Shown in pieces: positions 6,823 to 16,448 of a DNA stretch of 64,000 bases. Positions within the stretch are counted from its first letter, which is position 1, and each line of letters opens with the position of its first letter. The stretch covers positions 1,903,734 through 1,967,733 of the forward strand of contig OY761989.1 in the NCBI GenBank assembly GCA_963665165.1, written 5' to 3'. The notes below the pieces were generated by a model, which worked only from the letters and a program-made list of their open reading frames with translations, was not told the DNA's origin and did not search any database. Source of the stretch: Arenicellales bacterium (GTDB lineage Bacteria; Pseudomonadota; Gammaproteobacteria; Arenicellales; Poriferihabitantaceae). A program made the position numbers and the translations under genes.

Positions 6823-9567
6823 TCAGGAGAGTTTCGCTGAGCGGCACATTCCGCTAAAATCGCAGGACCGGCATTTATTTACTGTCGGAGCGGGTTTCAG
6901 GTCACCGGTCCGAAGTGCTACAGCGGCTTCCCGTACCTGTTCCTGAACATCGTTGATAAAATCTTGGTCGACTGATCGCTGCTTGCCTCTTCCTTCGTCG
7001 AGTTCATAAATCTCGACGTAATCTGCATCTTCGCCCGTAAGTTCCTTGTAGCCGAGAGCGTAGGTATGAAGCTGGGTCTCCGTGATCTCTTCGGCTTGGG
7101 CCCGTTCGCTGGATTTGAGGTCGATAATCGTCGTCTCATTCGTGTCGATGCGTTTTACCAGATCAATACGGCCGATTACACGAATGCCATCTCCTAGGTT
7201 GATTTCCACCTGCTTCTCTGAAAACTCGATATATCCGAACTCCTGTCTCTTGTCCTCGATGTACCGGGACAGGACGCCTTCAGCCGACTCTGTAAGCGTG
7301 CCTCTGAGCACCGGATAGGCGTATGGCACGTGAAGATGCGTCGCAACCAGGCTCGGCACCTCTTCCTGGGAGACAATGTCTCCGCGAATTGCACGCGAAT
7401 GTACCTCTGCCAGTGCATCATGAAGGGATTTGCCGTATCCCAGCGCTTCGTGAATGGGCGGATTGAATCCATAGAGCACTCTCAGCTTGAACTGGTAAGG
7501 GCATTCAAAGTAATACTTTATATCAGAAAACGAAAATACGACATTGGCTATTCCGGGCTTGGGTTTGGGTGTCAACCGCTGCTGATTTGTGTAATCCGGC
7601 TTACGCCGTTTCACGTATTTGGACGCGAGAACATTCTCCCAGAATTCGGACGGACGGCTGTAGCGGTTGTTCTTGCCTGATATCGGGGCCCAAGTCATGT
7701 GAAGGAACTTGCGGCTGCGGGTAACTGCAACGTAGAAGAGTCGGCGCTCGTCTTCCTTCGAACTCAAATATCTCTCCTGATTCTTGACGCCGTCGCCGGG
7801 CAGCAGATGCCACACGTTTCTCCCTGCCGGCCGCGCGGAAGGAAACCGGTTGCGCAACAATGCCGGGACGAAGACCACCGGCCATTCCATGCCCTTGGCC
7901 TGATGGATCGTCATGATCTTGACCGCATCGAGATTCGCGTACTGATTGTCCTGCCAGCCCTCTGGATAGGCATCATCGACCCGGTGATCGAGAAACCCGG
8001 CAAATCCCTCGTACTTATCCATCGGTTTGGAATGGAAATGTATGGTCTCGAAGTCCGAGATGACCTGGCTGAACTTGCCAAGATTGGAAAATGCTATTTC
8101 ACCGTGTCCGCCAGGAGTCAGATCCTCTTGAATACCGGCATCGTCGATGAAGTCCCTGAACACCCGCTGAATCGAATACAACCCCCATCGCATCTGCTGA
8201 GGATCGGCGATCGCCTGCTGGGCGTTCTCCGCTTTGTCGATAGCCTGTTCTAGGACGGCTTGGTCCAACGTAAAGCTGGTGCGATTCCATGCCTCGACAA
8301 GAGTGCCCCTATCGATCCGGCCGACCATGAAATAGAAAAGCTGTCGCGCTGCCTCGGCTTCCGGTGTATCGAACAGCCTGGCCATCCCGGTGACTACGTA
8401 CGGAATGCCTGCTTCCTCAAGAGCGACGCAGATCGGTTCACCGTTATTTTTGACGCTGCGGAGGAGCACCGCCATATCGGACCACGATAGGCCTCTGGAA
8501 TGCCCGTCCTCTTCGAACGCTACGCCATGCAGCGACTTGATCGACTCGACGATGTGCAATGCCTCTGCTTCGGGCGTCTCGAAGTTCAGTGCGACGATAT
8601 CTCCCGGCTCGTATGTCTGGACACTCTTTGGCGACATCGATTTCGCCAACCTGTCCGGGTTTTGCTCGATGAAGGATTGTGCGACATCGATGATTCCCTC
8701 GCTCGAGCGAAAGTTGTCTTCCAAGCGAACCTGTTTCACTGAGGAATAACGGTCTTTAAACGTCAGGATGTTCTGAACATCGCTGCCGCGCCATTGATAG
8801 ATGGTCTGGTCGTCATCTCCAACCACGCAAACTTTCGCACCGATCTCGTGCAGTTCCCTGACGATTGACTCCTGAATCGGGTTGACATCTTGGTATTCAT
8901 CTACAATTACGCATCGTATGCGTTCATTCAGACGTGCACGAACTTCTTGATTTCCCGCGAGCATCTCAACCGCTTTAGCAAGAATCGAAGAATAGTCCAG
9001 ATATCGTTTTTCCTGAAGGATAGACTGGTAACTGTCCAAGCCTTCCATGATGGAACAATCGGTCAGGAACGCGGCATCGAGATCCGCTTCAAGAAGAATG
9101 GAAAGAGCATTGCTGTAATGTCCGGTATCTATGTAACGTCTAAGCGTCCTGTTCTTCAGATCGGTCGATCTCGTGAGACCTGATTGCTGGGAGTACCGGT
9201 CAATGAAGAGCTTTTGCTGGACTTCTCCCAATACTTCGTACTTCAGGTATTCTGGATCCTCTGCCTTCAGTAAATCCAGGCAGAACGCGTGGATCGTGCC
9301 GACGAACATTTCGGCCATCCCCGTGACCTCTCCAAGGGTTTCCCGGGTCCGCGTGACAATCCGCTCCTTGAGTTCAGCTGCAGCCTTTTCCGTAAAGGTG
9401 AAAGAGACGATGTTTTCCGGCCGTAGCGACTGCGGGCCGTCAGAATTCATCAAACGAACAACACGCCGTGCGACGACCTCGGTCTTTCCCGAGCCTGCAC
9501 AGGCAATCATCTGCATATTGGCCAAGCCGAGTTCCACGGCCTCGCGCTGAGTGTCGGTAAGTTTCAT
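6823..9567 (-). CDS. UvrD/Rep-family SF1 helicase fused to a C-terminal Cas4/AddB-like PD-(D/E)xK nuclease with a 4-Cys cluster
   Basis: Helicase motifs present are ACAGSGKTEV, VIVDEYQDVNP, VVGDDDQTIYQWRG, LEDNFRSS, TIHQAKGMEWPVVFV and YVAVTRSRKFL. The nuclease tail shows YFECPYQF...GRIDLV...IIDLKSS...CRSCDFSGMC (C-x2-C-x5-C). The ATG at 9567 overlaps the upstream stop (ATGA). Confidence 0.85.
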   Translation of the reverse strand: MKLTDTQREAVELGLANMQMIACAGSGKTEVVARRVVRLMNSDGPQSLRPENIVSFTFTEKAAAELKERIVTRTRETLGEVTGMAEMFVGTIHAFCLDLLKAEDPEYLKYEVLGEVQQKLFIDRYSQQSGLTRSTDLKNRTLRRYIDTGHYSNALSILLEADLDAAFLTDCSIMEGLDSYQSILQEKRYLDYSSILAKAVEMLAGNQEVRARLNERIRCVIVDEYQDVNPIQESIVRELHEIGAKVCVVGDDDQTIYQWRGSDVQNILTFKDRYSSVKQVRLEDNFRSSEGIIDVAQSFIEQNPDRLAKSMSPKSVQTYEPGDIVALNFETPEAEALHIVESIKSLHGVAFEEDGHSRGLSWSDMAVLLRSVKNNGEPICVALEEAGIPYVVTGMARLFDTPEAEAARQLFYFMVGRIDRGTLVEAWNRTSFTLDQAVLEQAIDKAENAQQAIADPQQMRWGLYSIQRVFRDFIDDAGIQEDLTPGGHGEIAFSNLGKFSQVISDFETIHFHSKPMDKYEGFAGFLDHRVDDAYPEGWQDNQYANLDAVKIMTIHQAKGMEWPVVFVPALLRNRFPSARPAGRNVWHLLPGDGVKNQERYLSSKEDERRLFYVAVTRSRKFLHMTWAPISGKNNRYSRPSEFWENVLASKYVKRRKPDYTNQQRLTPKPKPGIANVVFSFSDIKYYFECPYQFKLRVLYGFNPPIHEALGYGKSLHDALAEVHSRAIRGDIVSQEEVPSLVATHLHVPYAYPVLRGTLTESAEGVLSRYIEDKRQEFGYIEFSEKQVEINLGDGIRVIGRIDLVKRIDTNETTIIDLKSSERAQAEEITETQLHTYALGYKELTGEDADYVEIYELDEGRGKQRSVDQDFINDVQEQVREAAVALRTGDLKPAPTVNKCRSCDFSGMCRSAKLS

Positions 9568-12500
9568 TGCACCTCCGCTGCGAGTGCCCGCCATCCATGA
9601 TCGAAAACGAACGCCTTGGCCTGTCCGGCAGGATCCTGGATACGGATGATATTCGGATCTGGGGTTCCCGTATGCTCCACCACATAGAGCCAGTAGTCTT
9701 CACCCCTGAGCTGGGCTGTGTCGAACTGCGTACGGGAAAGCGCGACCCAGCCATCTTCTGAAAACGGGCCGCTGATCGCCTTGACCTCGATCCACTTCAA
9801 CCCACGGTCAGCAGCATCCTTCTCGACAAGATCGAAACCGGGATTGTTTACTCCTGTCCACTGCAGATAGGGCTCCTCTTTGAGGATAAGCTGGATTGCT
9901 TGTTCTTCGAGTTTCATGTTTTTTGCGTGCGCTTCGCTGCCTTCTTCCGTGGGAGGACCGTCCCCCCCTATGTGTATGTACGTGACAGGCTTAGGTCGGT
10001 TCGTGCCATTCGTGGTTCCGCCATTCGAACGTCCTCCGCCTGAGGTTTCTTCTCCTTCTGTCTCATCAGTGGAACTGTGTTCGGTGTCGGAATCATCGTC
10101 TGCATGTTCATCGTCCTGATCCGGTCCTACAAATGCCTCATCTTCTTGATACCGTTCGAGGAGGGCTTGCAGTTGCGACTCGGTCGTAAGGCCATGCTTT
10201 TTCAACAAGGAAAGAACCTGCGGCTCAAAGCCGGCATCCAAGGCCAGTTTATCAAGATGTCCAGGCTTGAACCTGAGCCTCTTCTGCAAGTCGTGATTCT
10301 CCTTCCAGCCCAGCGCTTCAAAAGTTGTTTCAGCGGGAGAGAAAAGAACACCATCTTCTCCTACGATCCACGGCAACGTACGTAGTCGTTCAACGAAAGC
10401 TGCGTCGAAATAATGATGCTTTTGGGTATAGTAATGCCATCGATAGACTCCCCGGAATGCGACCGAACCAGATCTGTCCTCCAGATCGCAGAGTGCCTCC
10501 CACAGTAGAGAAGCTTTTCGATGCATAGTATCAATGTCCAGAGTCGGCAAGATTTCCAACACCCCCTCCAGTCCACGCAACGTGCAATCTTCGATATAAT
10601 TGCCCCCACTATTCTGTACACATCCCTCGCTGCTACGCATTTTATACAGATCTTCATGGGTAAATTCCCTCTCGCATTCCTCCGTCACAAGGCGACGGGC
10701 GGCACCAACTGCCACCAGCATGTCCCGACTCCTTTCCTGTCTCAGAACCCGAACATCAGCAACCAGTAGAACACCTTCAACCCCATCGAACAATTCTTTC
10801 AGACGCTCCGTGGCGACGTAAACCTCTCCTGGTCGCGCAAACACTGGTTCCCCCGATGCAGCGTCGAATGCGGAAACGAATGGTGTTTTCGACAAGGCTT
10901 CTTTAAGCCGTTCCAGCCTCTCCGAGGAGTCGGTCCTGAAGGCCGTCAAGATACGCTCAATATCGGATGTATACTGATCCCCGGGCAACCCCGGGCCAGG
11001 TACATATCGAGGAAGAACATGAGCAATCACGTCATCGACAAGGTCAGGCTCAGAGAGACCAAGGCGTTCGAGAAATTCCCGTGCCTCTGCTTCCCGACAG
11101 ATCGAACCTCGAACAACAGGAAAATCCGTTTCGGTTTCGCCGGGCAGGAAAGCGCAAGGATTTCCATGTACATCCTTGGCCGGGACATGAGATTCATCCT
11201 CCAGCCGTACCAATTCAATGTAGTCCAGCAGACCTTTTGACAGCAGAGATGACTGTCCCGCCAGGAAGGCATACAACTCCACAATCCAGGAATCCGTCTG
11301 CTTCTCTAGAAACTGAACACCCAACTGACGCACAACATCTTCCGGGGTTATTTCCTCAACGCCGAGTTCCTGCATCAGGCAGTTTTGCAATCCTGGGGTC
11401 CGATCCAGAGTAATGCCTCCGTCCAGCCACTTCGCTGCCTCTCCATCAGTGAACAAGTCGGATAGCTGCTGGATATCCAGAAGCTTCCGCAACCCCCTCC
11501 CTCGAGCCAACTTCGCGCACCCTGCTACAACAAAATCCCTGTCATGCGTCGGGAGGAGCCGATGCTGACGAAGAGCAGTCAGGATTGCCTCATACAGCGG
11601 ACGAAACATGTGTCTATCCCCAAATGTCTCCTGATCAATCGGGAGTGTCTGCAATGCGTCCGGATCAAGCAGCTCCAGATCCCGCAATCCTTTAAGAGCA
11701 GATACGAGTAGCTCGGCGGTGGTATCTACCAGGGAACGGTTCCACGAATCAGAACTGACAATGTTGTCACGACTGGGTGTTGTCCGATAAGGCCCTTGAA
11801 TAAGGAAACCGACATCCGTAGCTACGATCGTAGGGAAGTACACCACCAGTTCGGTATTCGTTGCCGACAATACCTTGACTGGTGAATCGGTTGCCGAATC
11901 ACACTCCACCAGAAAGGCCAACTCAGCGTGACCCACCTCGACACCGTCCTCGTCATTCACCGGTTGAGAGAAAACGATCCAGTCTTCGATGTCACCACCC
12001 GATGAATCACTGTCTTCCCCTGTAATACTGATTCGCTCCGCTCCATAGCCAAGTTCTCGTCGCGGATCCCGCAAATAAATACCCTCACCTTCATCTGCAA
12101 TCGACCACTCGATCGTCTCGATCTGGCGGAGAAATAACAGGGTTCTCGCCCCCAACCGCTTGAGCGCCTCTGTGATCTCCTGGAAAGCGTTCTCGTCGTT
12201 TTCCCGAAACGGCAGAACGATCCGCGTCTCTTCCGCTTCGCCTTTGATCGGGGAGACCTGCACAGGGTGAACATATTGCTCAATTGCGAAGTGCACTGCT
12301 CCAGAATGCACTTCGGGGCAATCAGTGTATGCGTTGACCGACTTGAATCCGATTCCAAACCGCCCTATCGCCGTAATATCCTTGGTGCTTTCATCGATCC
12401 CGCACACCCCGCGGACATCGGGCTCGGAGAACGGTTCACCGAAGTGCGAAATAACCAGTTCGTTTTCCGTCAATTCGAACCTGACAGTCCGCTGTTTCCA

Positions 12501-12725
12501 ATCTGGCCGACGGCGCTTGAGGGCATCCTCCGCATTCTGCAGAAGCTCATAGATGAAATGCGATCTGTCGGAGTATCGGTTGGCAAGCAGCATCTGGCCG
12601 ATTCGACCGATATCCGTACCGTACTTGCGTTCGTTTTCTTCGCTGAGTGCCGTGTAATCAATCATCAGGTGGCTGCTTGTGTCAGACGTTTCTTTAGCCC
12701 TTCGGGACATCGCCCCGAAGGGCAT
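9564..12725 (-). CDS. Sacsin-type GHKL (HATPase) ATPase with C-terminal DUF3883 (restriction-endonuclease-like) domain
   Basis: Bergerat-fold N-box IYELLQNAEDA and G-box GRFGIGFKSV lie near the N-terminus. A long middle region and an acidic low-complexity linker follow. The C-terminus shows GLKWIEVKA...DYWLYVVEH, typical of DUF3883. The start (M1/M6/M21) is uncertain. Confidence 0.8.
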   Translation of the reverse strand: MPFGAMSRRAKETSDTSSHLMIDYTALSEENERKYGTDIGRIGQMLLANRYSDRSHFIYELLQNAEDALKRRRPDWKQRTVRFELTENELVISHFGEPFSEPDVRGVCGIDESTKDITAIGRFGIGFKSVNAYTDCPEVHSGAVHFAIEQYVHPVQVSPIKGEAEETRIVLPFRENDENAFQEITEALKRLGARTLLFLRQIETIEWSIADEGEGIYLRDPRRELGYGAERISITGEDSDSSGGDIEDWIVFSQPVNDEDGVEVGHAELAFLVECDSATDSPVKVLSATNTELVVYFPTIVATDVGFLIQGPYRTTPSRDNIVSSDSWNRSLVDTTAELLVSALKGLRDLELLDPDALQTLPIDQETFGDRHMFRPLYEAILTALRQHRLLPTHDRDFVVAGCAKLARGRGLRKLLDIQQLSDLFTDGEAAKWLDGGITLDRTPGLQNCLMQELGVEEITPEDVVRQLGVQFLEKQTDSWIVELYAFLAGQSSLLSKGLLDYIELVRLEDESHVPAKDVHGNPCAFLPGETETDFPVVRGSICREAEAREFLERLGLSEPDLVDDVIAHVLPRYVPGPGLPGDQYTSDIERILTAFRTDSSERLERLKEALSKTPFVSAFDAASGEPVFARPGEVYVATERLKELFDGVEGVLLVADVRVLRQERSRDMLVAVGAARRLVTEECEREFTHEDLYKMRSSEGCVQNSGGNYIEDCTLRGLEGVLEILPTLDIDTMHRKASLLWEALCDLEDRSGSVAFRGVYRWHYYTQKHHYFDAAFVERLRTLPWIVGEDGVLFSPAETTFEALGWKENHDLQKRLRFKPGHLDKLALDAGFEPQVLSLLKKHGLTTESQLQALLERYQEDEAFVGPDQDDEHADDDSDTEHSSTDETEGEETSGGGRSNGGTTNGTNRPKPVTYIHIGGDGPPTEEGSEAHAKNMKLEEQAIQLILKEEPYLQWTGVNNPGFDLVEKDAADRGLKWIEVKAISGPFSEDGWVALSRTQFDTAQLRGEDYWLYVVEHTGTPDPNIIRIQDPAGQAKAFVFDHGWRALAAEVQ

Positions 12726-12778
12726 GTTTCAAAATTATTGCCAATACCATGACCGGTGCGAAGCGCTGATCAGCCGTT

Positions 12779-13747
12779 TTACGACGGTATGCCGGTCAGG
12801 GAAATTATCTGTTCCCGAAAATCGTCATAATCTTCCCCTTTGGCCCTGACCAGATCGGATATCCGGTAAAACCGATTCGTCGATGGGCTCTCCCGACTGG
12901 CGAGGTCCAGATCTATCCGATCCACATTGACCACCGTCCAGCATTCCGCGTAACCGTCAGCCCTTGCTTTCTGGTGGCTCTTTTCCGCTTCGCCGATCCG
13001 ATTGTGTATATTGGAAAAGTCCGATCCTCCCTTCACTTCCACGGCTATCAGCTTTCGGAACCGATCTTTGCCCATCTCTTCACGGATGATGATATCGGGA
13101 TCGGATGAAAACTCGATAAATACGCGCCGGCCTGCCGCGTTTTCCACTTCTATGGACCTCTCCGTGACGCTGCTCGCCGACTGCTTCACAATGTCATGAA
13201 TCGCATCGAAAACCTGGACAATCCCGGCAGCACCTTTCCTGACATTCGCCCCGCCCCGCAATTGCGGGCCAAGCGTCAATAGGGTCAGATCATCGAGAAG
13301 CGCACGGCTTACCCGATCCGTCCCTATGCCGTCCAAGAGAAATGCTCCTGCATCGCAAAGCGCTTCGCACAAAGTCGTCAGATTCTTCGCATTCGCTTCC
13401 GTAAGACGCCCGTGTTGCTCCATGGACTTGTAACGGCTGATGCCCGTTGCGGTTGTGTAGAATTCCTTCTGACTGAAACCGTACAACAGTCGATAGTAGC
13501 CGAGCAATCGGGGGTTGTCGGCGAGAATCATCGGAACAGGAAACATCAATTCGCCCCGAAGTCCGCAGCTTGCGAGCGATGCGAGACTGTCTGCCGGCAC
13601 TAACACCGCGAGTTCCTGATCAATCTCAGTCACATCAAGCACGCGGACCGTTTCGGCCAGCGCATCCTGCAGGTAAAGTCCGCGCATCTCCGTCAACACA
13701 ACGGAGAAATCGCGTTGAAGCTGCGGTAGCGGAATAGTGAACATCAT
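12779..13747 (-). CDS. Type II restriction endonuclease, PD-(D/E)xK (XcyI/Cfr9I-like family suspected)
   Basis: Visible PD...EVK catalytic motif (SSDPDIIIREE...LIAVEVKGG) followed by SNIHNRIGEAEKSH. The start overlaps the methyltransferase stop (ATGA at 13744..13747). The family-level call is from memory of the XcyI family signature LLGYYRLL. Confidence 0.7.
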   Translation of the reverse strand: MMFTIPLPQLQRDFSVVLTEMRGLYLQDALAETVRVLDVTEIDQELAVLVPADSLASLASCGLRGELMFPVPMILADNPRLLGYYRLLYGFSQKEFYTTATGISRYKSMEQHGRLTEANAKNLTTLCEALCDAGAFLLDGIGTDRVSRALLDDLTLLTLGPQLRGGANVRKGAAGIVQVFDAIHDIVKQSASSVTERSIEVENAAGRRVFIEFSSDPDIIIREEMGKDRFRKLIAVEVKGGSDFSNIHNRIGEAEKSHQKARADGYAECWTVVNVDRIDLDLASRESPSTNRFYRISDLVRAKGEDYDDFREQIISLTGIPS

Positions 13748-14613
13748 GCCGCTATGCGAACGATCATGGCTTCATCGGCCTGGAGCCGGTCCGCAGCGAG
13801 CGCAACGTATTCCGGGTTAAGCTCAACCCCCACGTACTTCCTGCCCAGACGGTGCGCCGCAAGCCCCACCGTTCCCGATCCGAAGAACGGGTCCAGAACA
13901 AAATCCTCCGGTTCGGTGGCCGCCAGAATGCATGGTTCCACCAAGGCAATCGGGAAGGTGGCGAAGTGGGCCCCGGGGAACGCCTGGGTATTGATGTTCC
14001 AGACGGATCGGCGATTCCGCTTGCCGGTTTCTCTGACCTCCATGATCGCCGTGCGATCGTAGTGGTATCGCTCGTCCTTGGTGAACATGAAGATATATTC
14101 GTGCGACCGGGTCGGTCGATCCTTTACGCTTTCGGGCATGGCATTCGGCTTGTTCCAGATTATGTCCGCCCGGAGATACCATCCGTCCTCCTGCATCGCA
14201 AATGCCAGGCGCCACGGTATGCCGAGCAGGTCCTTGGGCTTCAGGCCGGTCGGCGTGTCCGGACGCACGGACATGGCTCGGGCCGGGTTCTTCCTGTCGG
14301 GTGCGCGCCAGCCGCGGTTGCCGCTCGTGTATCCGTCCCCAATGTTCAGCCAGAAAACGCCGTCATCCTTGAGTACGCGATGCACTTCCCCGAAGATGGA
14401 GCGCAAGGAATTAATGTATTGCGAAAGCGAGCCTTCGAGGCCCAGTTGATCGGGGATGCTGTAGTCCCTCAGCCCCCAGTAGGGAGGAGAGGTGATGACG
14501 GACTGCACCACACAATCCGGCAAACGCTGAAGAACAGACAGGGCGTCTCCCTCATAGATCACGGAGTCGGAGAAATGGAGTTTTTCGGGCTTATCAACCT
14601 TTTCCGTTCTCAT
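13744..14613 (-). CDS. Beta-class N4-cytosine/N6-adenine DNA methyltransferase (SPPY motif, m4C favoured)
   Basis: Motif IV VITSPPYWGLRDY is N-terminal and motif I VLDPFFGSGTVG is C-terminal. It also shows DIIWNKPNAMPES and HEYIFMFTK (N6_N4_Mtase-type blocks). Confidence 0.9.
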   Translation of the reverse strand: MRTEKVDKPEKLHFSDSVIYEGDALSVLQRLPDCVVQSVITSPPYWGLRDYSIPDQLGLEGSLSQYINSLRSIFGEVHRVLKDDGVFWLNIGDGYTSGNRGWRAPDRKNPARAMSVRPDTPTGLKPKDLLGIPWRLAFAMQEDGWYLRADIIWNKPNAMPESVKDRPTRSHEYIFMFTKDERYHYDRTAIMEVRETGKRNRRSVWNINTQAFPGAHFATFPIALVEPCILAATEPEDFVLDPFFGSGTVGLAAHRLGRKYVGVELNPEYVALAADRLQADEAMIVRIAA

Positions 14614-14617
14614 TGAT

Positions 14618-15183
14618 TACTGCTTCCTGGAACTTTCCACGTACTTGTATAGGGTCAGCTTCGAAATGTGCATCATCTCACAGATCTGGTGACGGTGTAC
14701 TGTTTTTCATCGTAAAGTTTGACCTCCAGATCCTGCTTGTCCAGAACCAAAGCCTTGGGTCTGCCGCCCTTTCGTCCCCGCGCACGCGCTGCCTGCAGGC
14801 TCGCATTGGTTCTTTCTCGGATCAGATTGCGTTTGAACTCGGCCAGGGCGCCGAACAGGTAGAATACCAGCTTGCCGGTGCTGGACGAGGTATCGATGGA
14901 TCCATGCAGACTCTTCAGGCCGATGCCTAGAGATCCCAGCCTGCTCACCATTTCGATCAGATCCTGCAGTGACCGGTTCAAACGGTCGAGTCTCCAAACA
15001 GCAGGACATCGTCGGCTCTTGCGTACTCGAGCGCCGCCGCAAGGCCCGGACGGTCCGCTCTCGCTCCGCTGAGGTGATTTCGAATATCCGTTCGCAGCTG
15101 GCACCACGCAGCGCATCCTGCTGCAGGGACAGATTCTGATCGTCCGTCGAGATCCGCGCGTAGCTGATTAGCACCACTCGCAC
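14618..15183 (-). pseudogene. Serine recombinase (resolvase/invertase) gene disrupted by about three frameshifts
   Basis: The N-terminus VVLISYARISTDDQNLSLQQDALRGA.CERIF is in one frame. SGARADRPGLAAALEYARADDVLL is in a second frame. WRLDRLNRSLQDLIEMV...GALAEFKRNLIRERT...GRKGGRP is in a third frame. The HTH ICEMMHISKLTLYKYV is in a fourth frame. Confidence 0.8.
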
Positions 15184-15284
15184 CTCGAAAGGTAAACATT
15201 GCCGTATCCCATGCGGCGAATTTTAACATGGATATCTTTACCGAGTTGTTTGACTGACAGGCCTATGGATTCCAGTCGGTCACC

Positions 15285-15321
15285 AGGACCGATAACGGCG
15301 GTAAAGAAAACCCGCGTATTC
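15285..15321 (+). repeat. Tn3-family terminal inverted-repeat-like sequence (degenerate copy)
   Basis: aggaccgataacggcggtaaagaaaacccgcgtattc aligns position-for-position with 17001..17036. It also aligns with the canonical Tn3 IR core (GGTCTGAC...AACGAAAAC.CACGTT). Confidence 0.55.
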
Positions 15322-15539
15322 TTTACTGAGGCAAATTATCCTCAGTTACCTTGGAGATTAATCTAGACTTAGGTGGGGAATAATCTGTCATGTACTGTGT
15401 GCAAAAAGATCTTCTAATCGTGTCTTTGCAACCCGAGGCAGGAGACCAAGCATCCACAAATCTTGCAAAGAACGGCTCTCTTACGAACATAGAAGACAGG
15501 AGAAATGCTAACTTACTGCAACGGTGTATGATTTATGAT

Positions 15540-16448
15540 TTAAAATAGCTTGATGTTGGAAAACACTTCTTTAAACAATCTCAACGTAGCATAAATCAGT
15601 TGCATCATGACCAAAACCAGAATCATTGCTATGATGAATGAAATTACTTGCTTCATGATGCGGAATTCACTATCAGTATTCGACCATTCAATCATTTCGT
15701 CTTGAGTAAAGACCATTGCCCTAAAGCAAGTAACAAATAAAGTGATTATCCAAAGCACACAAAGGGAAAATCCAGCATATTCAATATATGCATTCTCAAG
15801 ATTCTGTCCAGTAGCAAGCATTACACTGGAAATTAACATCCAAGAGAAAAGCTTGAAAATATGCTCTGAAATCTTCCATAAATTCCGGTAGAAAAATCTT
15901 AATGGTAATAACCGGATTTCCAAGAAGATGGTAGAACGTTCTTCATTCTTACGAAATTTTTTAAATGCACATTCAGCATACTCATCCGAAAAAAGTACCA
16001 ACTCATCACATCCTGAGAACGAACAAACTCTTTCTGATTCATCGCCCTCCCTCAAAAAACCATGTAGGGCGCCACACCTATAACAGTGGGATTGCTTTAG
16101 ATGTGCTACGTCGCCAGTGAAACCAGTAGGAAGAATGATTACCTCGTTAGGTTTATGCTTTTGTGCCCAGCGGAATGAAAACCACTTACGTAGCGGTTTA
16201 TCTTTTGAGGATTTTGTAATTTTATATTTCAGAATATCAATGAATACGATACAAATCGTTGACCAAACGCAAAGATCAAGTGTCCACGCAAGACCTGAAT
16301 CTTTGCCAATCAGGAATATCGAAACACAGACAATCGTGACAATGAACACGACACATGATATCCACTCGTATGCGCGCCAAAAACAACTATCGGTATTTAT
16401 TAATACTGGGACTATTCTCTTAAGCATCTTCTGGTATTTATTTCTCAA
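15540..16448 (-). CDS. Hypothetical multi-pass membrane protein with a central Cys-rich soluble segment, in a strongly AT-rich segment
   Basis: 302-aa ORF with hydrophobic helices at both ends (e.g. ISCVVFIVTIVCVSIFLIG, FSLCVLWIITLFVTCF, VISFIIAMILVLVMMQLI). The central segment is HCYRCGALHGF...CSFSGCDE. Base composition is visibly far more AT-rich than the flanks. Confidence 0.6.
   Translation of the reverse strand: MRNKYQKMLKRIVPVLINTDSCFWRAYEWISCVVFIVTIVCVSIFLIGKDSGLAWTLDLCVWSTICIVFIDILKYKITKSSKDKPLRKWFSFRWAQKHKPNEVIILPTGFTGDVAHLKQSHCYRCGALHGFLREGDESERVCSFSGCDELVLFSDEYAECAFKKFRKNEERSTIFLEIRLLPLRFFYRNLWKISEHIFKLFSWMLISSVMLATGQNLENAYIEYAGFSLCVLWIITLFVTCFRAMVFTQDEMIEWSNTDSEFRIMKQVISFIIAMILVLVMMQLIYATLRLFKEVFSNIKLF

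Noticed and set aside
12779-14613. The idea that CCCGGG sites would be avoided in the window if the R-M pair is XcyI-like.
   Set aside because: CCCGGG occurs (e.g. near 4576 and 10978). Protection by the cognate methyltransferase makes avoidance unnecessary, so this is not informative without counting.
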